Shown: in pieces, positions 56,332 to 64,000 of the stretch | Layout: each line of letters opens with the position of its first letter | How positions within the stretch are numbered: position 1 is the first letter of the stretch | UHGV virus genome: UHGV-1372088 | Reading direction: 5' to 3' (one strand) | DNA: 64,000 nucleotides | Source: a virus | Program-made: the position numbers and the translations under genes | Notes under the pieces: generated by a model | Database searches by the model: none | Told to the model about the DNA's origin: nothing | The model's input: the letters and a program-made list of their open reading frames with translations, nothing else

Positions 56332-57288
56332 ATGAATTATCTCTTCGTCGACGGCAATGGGTTGGGTTACTACCACCATGAGTCTGACAAGCTGAGTAAC
56401 GGTGACATGGAAGTTCAGGCCATCTTTGGCTTCCTGAAAAACGTTCGTCGCTATGCGTCCATCCTGAGAGCGCGACCGGTCATCCTGTGGGATGGTTTCT
56501 CAGATAAGCGCCGCGAATTTTACCCGGAGTACAAATCCAATCGCGATGAAGACGCGAAAATGAAGGCGATGAAGGAAGGCTTCGCCAAGCAGAAGCCTTT
56601 CATTAAAGACATTATGCGTGTGGCCGGCGTCAACCAAATTACCGCCGTGGATGGCGAGGCAGACGACCTGGCTGGCATGTTGGTGGCCAAATACCGCCAC
56701 GACGACAACGTCGAAAACGTCTATCTGCTTACCGGCGACTCTGACTGGAAGCAGCTGGTTAACGAGAAGACGACGTGGGTCGCCTTACGTGAAGATGCCA
56801 AGCATAAGCGCATCAACATGGAAATGTTCGCAGAGCTGACCGGCTACCCAACGCCAAAAGCGTTTCTTGAAGGTAAAGCGCTGCAAGGTGATAAGTCGGA
56901 CAACATTCAGCAGGTGGGCGGCATTGGCGAGAAAGGTGCGCAGGATCTGCTTCACGAGTATGGCTCAATCGTCTCTCTGGTTCGCGGCATCAACGATGGC
57001 TCAATCGTCATTGACTCCGGGCGTAATAAAACAGCCGTCAACAAGTTGGCTCGCAACGAGTTCAATGAGAAGACAGGCTGCAAGATGCTGGATGCTTTTC
57101 TGCGAAACATCAAACTGATGAACCTCATCCAGACGCAATTTGCCCCAACCAAGCTGGATATCGTTCGCGGCGAGCAGGACTTTAAGGGGCTGGAAGAGTT
57201 GTGTAATCGGCTGAATTTCCGGTCCATCGTAGAGGACTTTGAGGTGTTTGTGGTGCCATTTGGTCGCTACTGCGGGGCTTCCTCATGA
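56332..57288 (+). CDS. 5'-3' exonuclease / flap endonuclease (FEN, RNase H-like)
   Basis: N-terminal LFVDGNGLGY, GEADD motif, LLTGDSDWKQL; H3TH region; 319 aa. Confidence 0.65.
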   Translation: MNYLFVDGNGLGYYHHESDKLSNGDMEVQAIFGFLKNVRRYASILRARPVILWDGFSDKRREFYPEYKSNRDEDAKMKAMKEGFAKQKPFIKDIMRVAGVNQITAVDGEADDLAGMLVAKYRHDDNVENVYLLTGDSDWKQLVNEKTTWVALREDAKHKRINMEMFAELTGYPTPKAFLEGKALQGDKSDNIQQVGGIGEKGAQDLLHEYGSIVSLVRGINDGSIVIDSGRNKTAVNKLARNEFNEKTGCKMLDAFLRNIKLMNLIQTQFAPTKLDIVRGEQDFKGLEELCNRLNFRSIVEDFEVFVVPFGRYCGASS

Positions 57289-57572
57289 TTACGTCCATTG
57301 TACGTTTGGGAGAGACAACCACGGCGAACAAGCTGGCTATGGAAATGGCGCACCAGTTTGGCACGTACTCGATCAACGGGTTCAAAAGCATTCTCGAAAC
57401 CAACGGGTTGAAGCTGACTTACCGCGAAAAATTGATGGTTGTCGATCATTTGATGACCGCATTAACCCGAATCACAAAACTATTTTCATCTGGCGGTCTG
57501 TCATTCGACGCAGAGAAGGCGAAGACATACATCGTCCATCAATTAAACACAGGGGTAGAACAAAATGGCTAA
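57285..57572 (+). CDS. hypothetical protein
   Basis: 95-aa ORF overlapping neighbours by 4-8 nt. Confidence 0.35.
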   Translation: MITSIVRLGETTTANKLAMEMAHQFGTYSINGFKSILETNGLKLTYREKLMVVDHLMTALTRITKLFSSGGLSFDAEKAKTYIVHQLNTGVEQNG

Positions 57573-58632
57573 AAGTCCATTGGCGTTGGCGTTAGGCAAG
57601 AAGCTGGGTAAAAACGACGAAATCCAGAAGGTTGAGCAGTGGATTGATACCGGATACCCGCCGCTGAATGAAGTGGTATCAGGGGATCTGGAAGGCGGTT
57701 TCCCATGCGGGCGCATCGTTGAGGTGTTCGGTCCTCCGTCGGCTGGTAAGACGTTCCTTGCCACCAAAGCGATGATTGCCGCTCAGAAAGCGGGTGGCGT
57801 CTCAATGTTCCTCGACCACGAGAACAGCTTCGATGTTGGTATGGCTGTCGGTATGGGTCTGAATGCGGATGAAGACGAAGGTCAGTGGATCTACAAACAG
57901 CCAGACACTTTTGAAGACGCGATCGACTTAACAGGCCAGCTCCTTTCAGCGATCCGTAAAGGAGAGTTGATCCCAGCTGACGCGCCAATCGTCATCGTTT
58001 ACGACTCGCTTGCCTCGATGGTTCCGCGCCAGAAGTTCGAGAAGTTCGAGAAGATGGCGGACGGCACGGCCAAAGAGAAAGACGAGCTGAATATGAACGA
58101 CAACACGGCGCTGGCGCGAGCGACCTCAGCTAACCTGCCGACGCTGGCTAAGTGGGCGCAGAAATATAACGCCTGTCTCATCTTCCTGAACCAAGTTCGT
58201 ACCAAAATGGGCGTAATGTTCGGCGATCCGACCACGTCACCGGGTGGCGACTCTCCGAAGTTCTACGCTTCCGTCCGAATCAAGTTGGGCGGTGGCCAGC
58301 TGAAAGACGGTGGTGATCGCGTTGGTCAGCGTGTTACCGCCGAAGCCGTGAAGAACAAGGTCGCGCCGCCATTCGGCAAATGTGAGTGGAACTTCTACTT
58401 CGATCCGTCCCGCAGCCTGGACGTTATGGAGTCGATGGTGGAATACATGCTGGAGAATGGCTATCTGCCTAAGAGCGCGACCGGGCGCATCGAGATCGAC
58501 GGCAAGAAGTACACCAAGTCCCAGATTGTCGATTTGTACCGTAAGCAGGATTTGTCGACCGTCGTGAAAGCGATCAAGCGTATTCAGGCGAGTCGAGTGA
58601 AGGAAGAAGTCGAAGAGGCTGAGGAAGCGTAG
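57565..58632 (+). CDS. RecA/UvsX-family recombinase
   Basis: GRIVEVFGPPSAGKTFLATKA Walker A in RecA context; acidic C-terminus; 355 aa. Confidence 0.75.
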   Translation: MAKSPLALALGKKLGKNDEIQKVEQWIDTGYPPLNEVVSGDLEGGFPCGRIVEVFGPPSAGKTFLATKAMIAAQKAGGVSMFLDHENSFDVGMAVGMGLNADEDEGQWIYKQPDTFEDAIDLTGQLLSAIRKGELIPADAPIVIVYDSLASMVPRQKFEKFEKMADGTAKEKDELNMNDNTALARATSANLPTLAKWAQKYNACLIFLNQVRTKMGVMFGDPTTSPGGDSPKFYASVRIKLGGGQLKDGGDRVGQRVTAEAVKNKVAPPFGKCEWNFYFDPSRSLDVMESMVEYMLENGYLPKSATGRIEIDGKKYTKSQIVDLYRKQDLSTVVKAIKRIQASRVKEEVEEAEEA

Positions 58633-58650
58633 TCGACCGACAAAACAATC

Positions 58651-58678
58651 AGGCGCCCAATGGGCGCCTTTTTTTTTG
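58651..58678 (+). terminator. rho-independent terminator
   Basis: AGGCGCCCAATGGGCGCCT + T9. Confidence 0.75.
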
Positions 58679-58734
58679 CTTGTTTGTATGTATTCATTTA
58701 CATACTATATGTGTAAGAAAGCAACGAGGAGCTT

Positions 58735-58926
58735 ATGAAAACGAATACTTATCTACGCCTATGCGTCTTCGCCATTGTTGGGTCGATGATGGTCGGAGTC
58801 CTAATCCCCTGGCTGGTGTCGCAAAAGGACGATTTTGCTGTAGCAGCCGGCGTCTGTTTATTGCTCACCGTTCCGTGGGCCTCATACAAATTTTTCAAAG
58901 CGTTATTCAAAGAGGGTGAAGAGTGA
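58735..58926 (+). CDS. small membrane protein
   Basis: 63 aa, two hydrophobic segments. Confidence 0.35.
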   Translation: MKTNTYLRLCVFAIVGSMMVGVLIPWLVSQKDDFAVAAGVCLLLTVPWASYKFFKALFKEGEE

Positions 58927-59750
58927 AAAAGAAAATTATCGCACTGGCTGTCGTTCTGTCGGCATTTGTAATGACCGGTTGTGACAACGTAGCGCCAGGT
59001 GAGCGCGGCATTTTGGTCAACAAGCTGGGGTCTGATAAAGGTGTAGGGGAAGTGGTTGGCGTAGGTCGCTACTGGACCGGCATGAACACCACGCTCTACA
59101 CGTTCCCAACGTTCAAGCAGATGAAGACTTATGACGAGCCTTTCCTGTTCCAGATGAGCGACGGTACGACGATCGGCTACCACATCGGCATGAGCTATCT
59201 GGTTGAGCCGGATAAAGTCGCCACTATTTTCCAGACGTATCGCAAGGGCGTTGACGACATTACCGACACTGATATGCGTCAGAAGATCGCAGACTCGCTT
59301 AACCGTCTGGCATCTCGCATGACCACGGATAAGTTCATCGACGGCGGCAAGTCTGAAATGCTCGATGAAGCGCTTTCCGACATTAAAGAGCAGATGGCCC
59401 CCGTCGGTATTCAGGTTCTCAGTCTCTCCTATCAGGGTCGCCCAGAGTACCCGGCCAACGTCATTGCCAGCATTAACGCCAAAGTGACTGCCAACCAGAC
59501 CACCCTTCAGCGTGAGCAGGAAGTTAAGCAGCGCGAAGCAGAAGCAAACATGGCTCGCGCACAAGCTGCGGGTGAAGCAGACGCCAAGCTGACGCTGGCG
59601 AAAGCTGAAGCGGACTCTATCACTATTCGTGGTAAGGCGCTGCGCGAAAACCCGGAGATCATGAATCTCGAAGCCATCAACAAATGGAACGGAACCCTGC
59701 CTCAGTACATGACGTCGGGCACTCAGACGCCGTTCATTGCCGTCAAGTAA
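58923..59750 (+). CDS. SPFH/band-7 (prohibitin/HflKC-like) lipoprotein
   Basis: Lipoprotein signal ...VMTGC; SPFH-like beta/alpha core and Ala/Glu-rich coiled-coil (QREQEVKQREAEANMARAQAAGEADAKLTLAKAEA) typical of band-7 proteins. Confidence 0.6.
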   Translation: MKKKIIALAVVLSAFVMTGCDNVAPGERGILVNKLGSDKGVGEVVGVGRYWTGMNTTLYTFPTFKQMKTYDEPFLFQMSDGTTIGYHIGMSYLVEPDKVATIFQTYRKGVDDITDTDMRQKIADSLNRLASRMTTDKFIDGGKSEMLDEALSDIKEQMAPVGIQVLSLSYQGRPEYPANVIASINAKVTANQTTLQREQEVKQREAEANMARAQAAGEADAKLTLAKAEADSITIRGKALRENPEIMNLEAINKWNGTLPQYMTSGTQTPFIAVK

Positions 59751-59763
59751 CTCACTTCAAATC

Positions 59764-59786
59764 AGGCGTCCATTGGACGCCTTTTC
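59764..59786 (+). terminator. rho-independent terminator
   Basis: AGGCGTCCATTGGACGCCT + TTTCC. Confidence 0.55.
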
Positions 59787-60072
59787 CAACTCCGTACAAT
59801 AACAAATAAGCAAACAACTTGTTTAGAAAACAGGATTTACGAGTGGTACGCCTTTTAAAAATAAAATCAGCAAAAGAATCGTTTCTAGTGGACGCCAGAA
59901 TGCGTGGTCGACTGGTGTATGTGCCTGGCGGCAATCTGAATGACAAAAGGTTTGTCAGCACACTGAGAAAGCAAAAGTCGTCACACGGGCCTCTTAACTT
60001 GATGAAAACGGGCCAGCTTTACTACAACGCTGGCGACAGGAAACCAGAGAACGGGCAAATGCTGGTGGACGT

Positions 60073-60228
60073 ATGATTGATTGCAAAAACTGCGGTGAAC
60101 AAATGGATGGCGACGGCTACAGTCGCGTCATTCATTGCCCAAACGCCAATGTTGAAAAATATGATTACCACGAACCGGACGCGGAGCCGGTTTTTTGTGA
60201 CGAAGAGGTAGATGATGGCCAGAAATAA
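60073..60228 (+). CDS. small Cys4 zinc-ribbon protein (51 aa)
   Basis: CKNC...C...C spacing; not in ORF track because <60 aa; read directly. Confidence 0.3.
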   Translation: MIDCKNCGEQMDGDGYSRVIHCPNANVEKYDYHEPDAEPVFCDEEVDDGQK

Positions 60229-61129
60229 ACAGAAGCCAAAAGTAGAAAAAGGTAAAAGCATATTCGGCAAGGACGTCGAGACTCATCCAGCATATGGATT
60301 GGTCCGTGTCGGTCGTGTCAGTACGTCAGGCGCTAACCTGTTCGATTCCGACATCGACCACCGAGAGTTCATTGAGTTAACGTTCCACTCAGCCGTCATC
60401 GAGCGCGACGGATACAGCAATCACATTTCCAGAGGCGAAGACCGCAAGCCTCTTCTGACAGTCCAATTAAGCGCCGCGCAATGGGCAGCGATGGTTTCCA
60501 GCTTCGGCATTGGCGACGGCGTTCCGTGTACGCTATCGACGATCCGCGACGGCAAGGTCGTTGCCCTGCCTGAAATTGATAAATCGGAAACCATGCACGA
60601 GCGCTTCAGTAATCAAATCGAGATGCGGGTTCGCAAGGACGTCGAGAAGATTTCGGCAATTGTCGATCAACTCGGTTCACTAATTGCCAGCGGAAAAATT
60701 GGCAAGCGTGATTTGCGCGACCTTTACGATTCACTCTCCAGTGCGGTCAACAACCTGCCAGGCAACATGGCATTCGGCACAGAGCTAACCCAAGAAGCGG
60801 TCGACAAAATCGTGGCGTCCGGGAAAGCGGAAGTCGAGGCGTACATTGCCGGCGCCGCGATGCGTCTGGGTCTTGAGCAAATGACCACATCCGGCCAAGA
60901 AATAGGGATCAACGAAAAGATTTTGCAGATGCTGGAGAGCAATGATGGCGAAAGCCGCTCACGCGAAGACGGTCATGTTTTGTATGAAACCGGTGACGCT
61001 GATGCGCCCGACTGCATAAAGGATCGCAATGGCGAGGTGGTATTGAGTCAGTGTCGTCTTTGTGGGAAAGGTGAAGTCCAGATTGACGGCAGCAAGTGTC
61101 AAGGCGCAAGGAGTAAGCCAAATGCGTAA
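60212..61129 (+). CDS. hypothetical protein
   Basis: 305-aa ORF. Confidence 0.45.
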   Translation: MMARNKQKPKVEKGKSIFGKDVETHPAYGLVRVGRVSTSGANLFDSDIDHREFIELTFHSAVIERDGYSNHISRGEDRKPLLTVQLSAAQWAAMVSSFGIGDGVPCTLSTIRDGKVVALPEIDKSETMHERFSNQIEMRVRKDVEKISAIVDQLGSLIASGKIGKRDLRDLYDSLSSAVNNLPGNMAFGTELTQEAVDKIVASGKAEVEAYIAGAAMRLGLEQMTTSGQEIGINEKILQMLESNDGESRSREDGHVLYETGDADAPDCIKDRNGEVVLSQCRLCGKGEVQIDGSKCQGARSKPNA

Positions 61130-61316
61130 CAAGCACCCAGGCTGCTGCTACTGCTGCAAAAAGTGGGTAGCCCGTGGCGAAGGCCGCGTTGAGACATTTT
61201 GCGGCCGGAGTCGCGTTATCCACATCGAGTGTTCTCAGAATAAAAGTCAGGAAAGAGGCAGCGTTACGATTGCGCTAAAGCCATTTTTAAAGAGTGTATC
61301 GGTAGGGAATGTATGA
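61125..61316 (+). CDS. small Cys-rich protein
   Basis: GCCYCCKKW...C...C; ATG 61125 overlaps upstream stop. Confidence 0.3.
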   Translation, partial: RNKHPGCCYCCKKWVARGEGRVETFCGRSRVIHIECSQNKSQERGSVTIALKPFLKSVSVGNV

Positions 61317-61603
61317 CTAAGCCTTTGCATGTTTTGTTTTGTGAGATGTACGAGCAAGAGATCGAGGCGACCAAGTTGCCTGAGCAGGTCTTGCTGCTTA
61401 AATATCTGAAGGAAGCCAAAGACGATCTGCCGGTTGAGACGGATGCTGATTGGTTCTTTTCCGCCTGGCGAAAAGTCGACGTCATTTACTCAAGATGTTT
61501 AGGCAGCAAGGACATGATTGTCTGGAACCTCTGTCACTTTGATGATGCCATTCATCGCGTGGCTGAAAAATTCCCTTGGCCGAAATCGGATGAGAAGCAA
61601 TGA
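61313..61603 (+). CDS. hypothetical protein
   Basis: 96-aa ORF, ATGA overlaps on both sides. Confidence 0.4.
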   Translation: MTKPLHVLFCEMYEQEIEATKLPEQVLLLKYLKEAKDDLPVETDADWFFSAWRKVDVIYSRCLGSKDMIVWNLCHFDDAIHRVAEKFPWPKSDEKQ

Positions 61604-62286
61604 ACAGCAGTAAGCACTTTGACAGCCAGATTCACGAACTCGGTCACTTTGCGAATGATTGCAGCAATGACGATATCAAAAACGAGCCTATGTTCTTCAA
61701 CTGCGACCTTGATTTCGCATGGGATAACGGCGGCAACATAACACGCAGCTTCATTAGCAATCTGCCTTATGACTGGCAAGACGAAGGCATCGTATTTGAT
61801 TCTCGCGTTCACATGCTTATGCCAGGCTGGTATCCCGCTATACCAGGCTTCCACCATGACGACGTGCCGCGCCCGGACATTCCGGTGGGTCAGCACTTCA
61901 TCACCGCTGGTCAACCGGACTACGACAATCCGCGCTACCTTTCCGAGCACATCCTCGGTTTGGTTAACGCAGACATCTGCCCTACCAACTTCGCCATTGG
62001 AAAGTGCGAGATGCCGCAGATCCCAGACGGCGAGTTAATTTACCGGCGCTGGCATAGTGAAGTGGAGCGACTGATAGAGAGTGGCGAAATGGAGCGTGTG
62101 GCCATCAGGGACAGGACTTTGACTGCATTCGACTGGCAGACTTTCCATTCAGGAGAAAAAGCCATACAGCATGGCTGGCGCTGGTTTGGGCGTGTGTCCC
62201 GCAATACGGACAGAGTGAAGAAGATAACCAACGAGATCCGCGTCAATGCGCAGGTCTATCTTGAGTTCCCCATGCAGGGTTGGTGA
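61600..62286 (+). CDS. hypothetical protein (His-rich, possible metal-dependent enzyme)
   Basis: 228-aa ORF; HELGHF and FHHDD motifs. Confidence 0.4.
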   Translation: MNSSKHFDSQIHELGHFANDCSNDDIKNEPMFFNCDLDFAWDNGGNITRSFISNLPYDWQDEGIVFDSRVHMLMPGWYPAIPGFHHDDVPRPDIPVGQHFITAGQPDYDNPRYLSEHILGLVNADICPTNFAIGKCEMPQIPDGELIYRRWHSEVERLIESGEMERVAIRDRTLTAFDWQTFHSGEKAIQHGWRWFGRVSRNTDRVKKITNEIRVNAQVYLEFPMQGW

Positions 62287-62289
62287 CAG

Positions 62290-62514
62290 ATGAAAAAAGT
62301 TAAAATTTCAAAAGTATGCCCGTGTGGACGTGGCCTTAGAAGTCATGTTGACCTGCTATGCGCTCACTGTCGCGGAAAGGATGGAAAGCGCAAGAAGGAG
62401 GAATATTACAAGCGACTTGATGCCTTCCGGGCCCAACTACAGATGGATATGTTCGGCTTTATTGTTGACGATTTGAGCGAGCATCGAACGTTTTTCGTCA
62501 ATGTTAGAAAATAA
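62290..62514 (+). CDS. small Cys4 zinc-ribbon protein
   Basis: CPCGRG...CAHCRG. Confidence 0.35.
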   Translation: MKKVKISKVCPCGRGLRSHVDLLCAHCRGKDGKRKKEEYYKRLDAFRAQLQMDMFGFIVDDLSEHRTFFVNVRK

Positions 62515-62559
62515 GGCAACAGCTTTACGCCTGATGATTGGCAATACCCAGCAAATAAA

Positions 62560-62588
62560 GAGCCGCACATGTTGCGGCTTTTTGTCTT
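62560..62588 (+). terminator. rho-independent terminator
   Basis: AGCCGCACATGTTGCGGCT + TTTTGTCTTTG. Confidence 0.65.
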
Positions 62589-62721
62589 TGTTACTTGATG
62601 ATATGTATTCACATAGATAACATATAAGAATAGAGCCTTTCCATATTTGCGGCGCAGCTTAGACGCCGTGGCCAAAACCATATAATTAGCAAACAAGTTG
62701 TTTACTACGTTAGAGAAAATC

Positions 62722-63123
62722 ATGAAAGACGTAATCCCCGAAGAGTTCCTTGAGAAGGCAGTTGGTGCAGTGGAGAAGTCCAGATATTGGGAGCTCCTCG
62801 ACTGCCCTATCGTATTAAGTCTGGCAGAGACGCAAGCCAGACTCGCGGGAGAGCGCATCCCTCACGCCATCAGGACTTCAGCCAGACGTATGCTTACGCG
62901 CGTTAAGGAAGCGGAGGCAAGACGTCTCCTGATGGGTGTAGCCAATGCGATGGACCCAGCTGAGAAAATGAAGGAGTTCGAAAATTACCGCGCGAGAATG
63001 GTCTGGCTGGTGGCCTCGGAACTTCTCGAAGCGGCCCGTATTGGTAGCGTTGCGCAGTACCGGAAGCAACGACAGGAGATAGCGACCCGCTCTAAAGCCG
63101 TCGCCAGCGCCTTGGCCATTTAA
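62722..63123 (+). CDS. hypothetical protein
   Basis: 133 aa from ATG 62722 (RBS GAGAAAATC), 19 nt downstream of AAACAAGTTGTTT palindrome. Confidence 0.45.
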   Translation: MKDVIPEEFLEKAVGAVEKSRYWELLDCPIVLSLAETQARLAGERIPHAIRTSARRMLTRVKEAEARRLLMGVANAMDPAEKMKEFENYRARMVWLVASELLEAARIGSVAQYRKQRQEIATRSKAVASALAI

Positions 63124-63155
63124 GCGCGAATTATGCCGAAACAAGTTGGGACTGA

Positions 63156-63341
63156 ATGAAAACAATATTAGTGACCGTCGAAATCGACGTACCGGACCAC
63201 GCCTCACGCAAAGATATTGCCGACTTCGTTGATGTCGAATACGGCCAAGTTGGCGGCATGAAGCTTGATAATCCGTGCCGTGGCGATGCGACAGAGATCG
63301 TGAGTGCAACGTGGGAACCGGCCGAGAAAGAGAGAGGTTGA
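63156..63341 (+). CDS. small hypothetical protein
   Basis: 61-aa acidic ORF. Confidence 0.3.
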   Translation: MKTILVTVEIDVPDHASRKDIADFVDVEYGQVGGMKLDNPCRGDATEIVSATWEPAEKERG

Positions 63342-63344
63342 AAA

Positions 63345-64000
63345 TGGGTAAAGAAGACGAGTCATTCCGTGCGGCCTTTGATGTCTGGCAGGATAAAACG
63401 GATTGGGTGCAGAAAGATCGGCGCTTTGACGTGCTAAATCCCTGGGGTATGCATCGCGCCGACGTGCTGAAGGCATTTATCGAGCATTTGGAAGGTCGCA
63501 TTACGGAGCTGGAGCTTGATTGTGCCGAGTATCTCAAGTTTAAAGAAGTGATGGAAATGGCCTCACAGCATCTTGCGAACGACGAGCCGTTAGACCTTGA
63601 ATCTTTGTTCAGGGGCGAATTGGCGTCGGCCATGTTCTCGATGATGTTTGCCGGCGAGTTTAAGCGCAGCGGCGCGACCAATTACCTTGAACTTAGTTAT
63701 GACGTTCCTGAGTTTGGTGGCGTGATTGTCACCATCCAGAAGCAGGACGGCAAGACGCCAGGCCAGCGAATTGGGGAGCTGGAAGAAAGAATCGCCGAGC
63801 TGGAGTCCCGCACCGTCACCGTGAAGATGCCAAAGCCACACGCCCACTTAATCTGGATTCAGGCAGGTCATGCGCCAGATGATTACTGGGATGATGTAGC
63901 GGTATCTCATAGCGAGAAAGACCGTTGCTGTGATGGCTCAGAGCGCTATCCGGTTTATGCACGCTGGGAAATTGAAGAGATGCTTACCGCCGCTGGCATC
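63345..64000 (+). CDS. hypothetical protein (5' partial in window, continues past end)
   Basis: Open frame from ATG 63345 to window end. Confidence 0.4.

Noticed and set aside
1-64000. CRISPR arrays, IS elements/transposases, rRNA
   Set aside because: No spaced direct-repeat arrays, no transposase-like ORFs with terminal inverted repeats, and no rRNA-like conserved stretches observed; the only mobile-type gene is the tyrosine recombinase

Overview
The whole window is bacteriophage DNA with no recognisable host genes. It is almost entirely collinear on the + strand; the one clear minus-strand gene is an HTH regulator at 46006-46386.

From start to end it contains:
- A lambda-like siphovirus morphogenesis block: head-tail connector proteins, a major tail protein carrying an Ig-like (Big_2) domain reachable by a canonical -1 frameshift heptamer CCCAAAG, tail-assembly chaperones, a 1541-aa tape measure protein and lambda M/L/K/I homologues.
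- A 5170-aa lambda-J-like central tail fibre (11217-26729) built from about 10 tandem modules, each a beta-sandwich domain followed by a heptad-like repeat stalk.
- A side tail fibre with a C-terminal intramolecular-chaperone (peptidase S74) domain.
- A lysis cassette with an embedded Rz/Rz1-type spanin pair.
- A ParA/ParB-like partition operon followed by a 300-bp inverted-repeat and iteron region.
- A replication module: DnaB-like helicase, primase, ATP-dependent DNA ligase, a DnaE-type Pol III alpha split into two ORFs, a gp32-like SSB, a flap endonuclease and a RecA-like recombinase.
- A 1.2-kb non-coding island with tRNA-like elements.
- Dam methyltransferase, PhoH, glutaredoxin and a Phd/YefM-RelE/ParE toxin-antitoxin pair.
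- A tyrosine recombinase preceded by a perfect 31-bp palindrome, with a divergent HTH regulator.
- A CobT-like vWA protein with a 110-aa acidic tract, paired with a CobS/MoxR-like AAA+ ATPase.
- A secreted Cys-rich small protein, an SPFH-domain lipoprotein, and several small Cys4 zinc-ribbon ORFs.

Two recurring intergenic motifs stand out: a TAAGTGTATACATA-like promoter-type element (about 14 copies) and an AAACAA-N-TTGTTT palindrome (about 6 copies).

The partition system, addiction module, recombinase and large replication module with a siphovirus tail together suggest a phage-plasmid lifestyle, reminiscent of the SSU5/pHCM2-type elements. That attribution is inference from gene content, not a database result.
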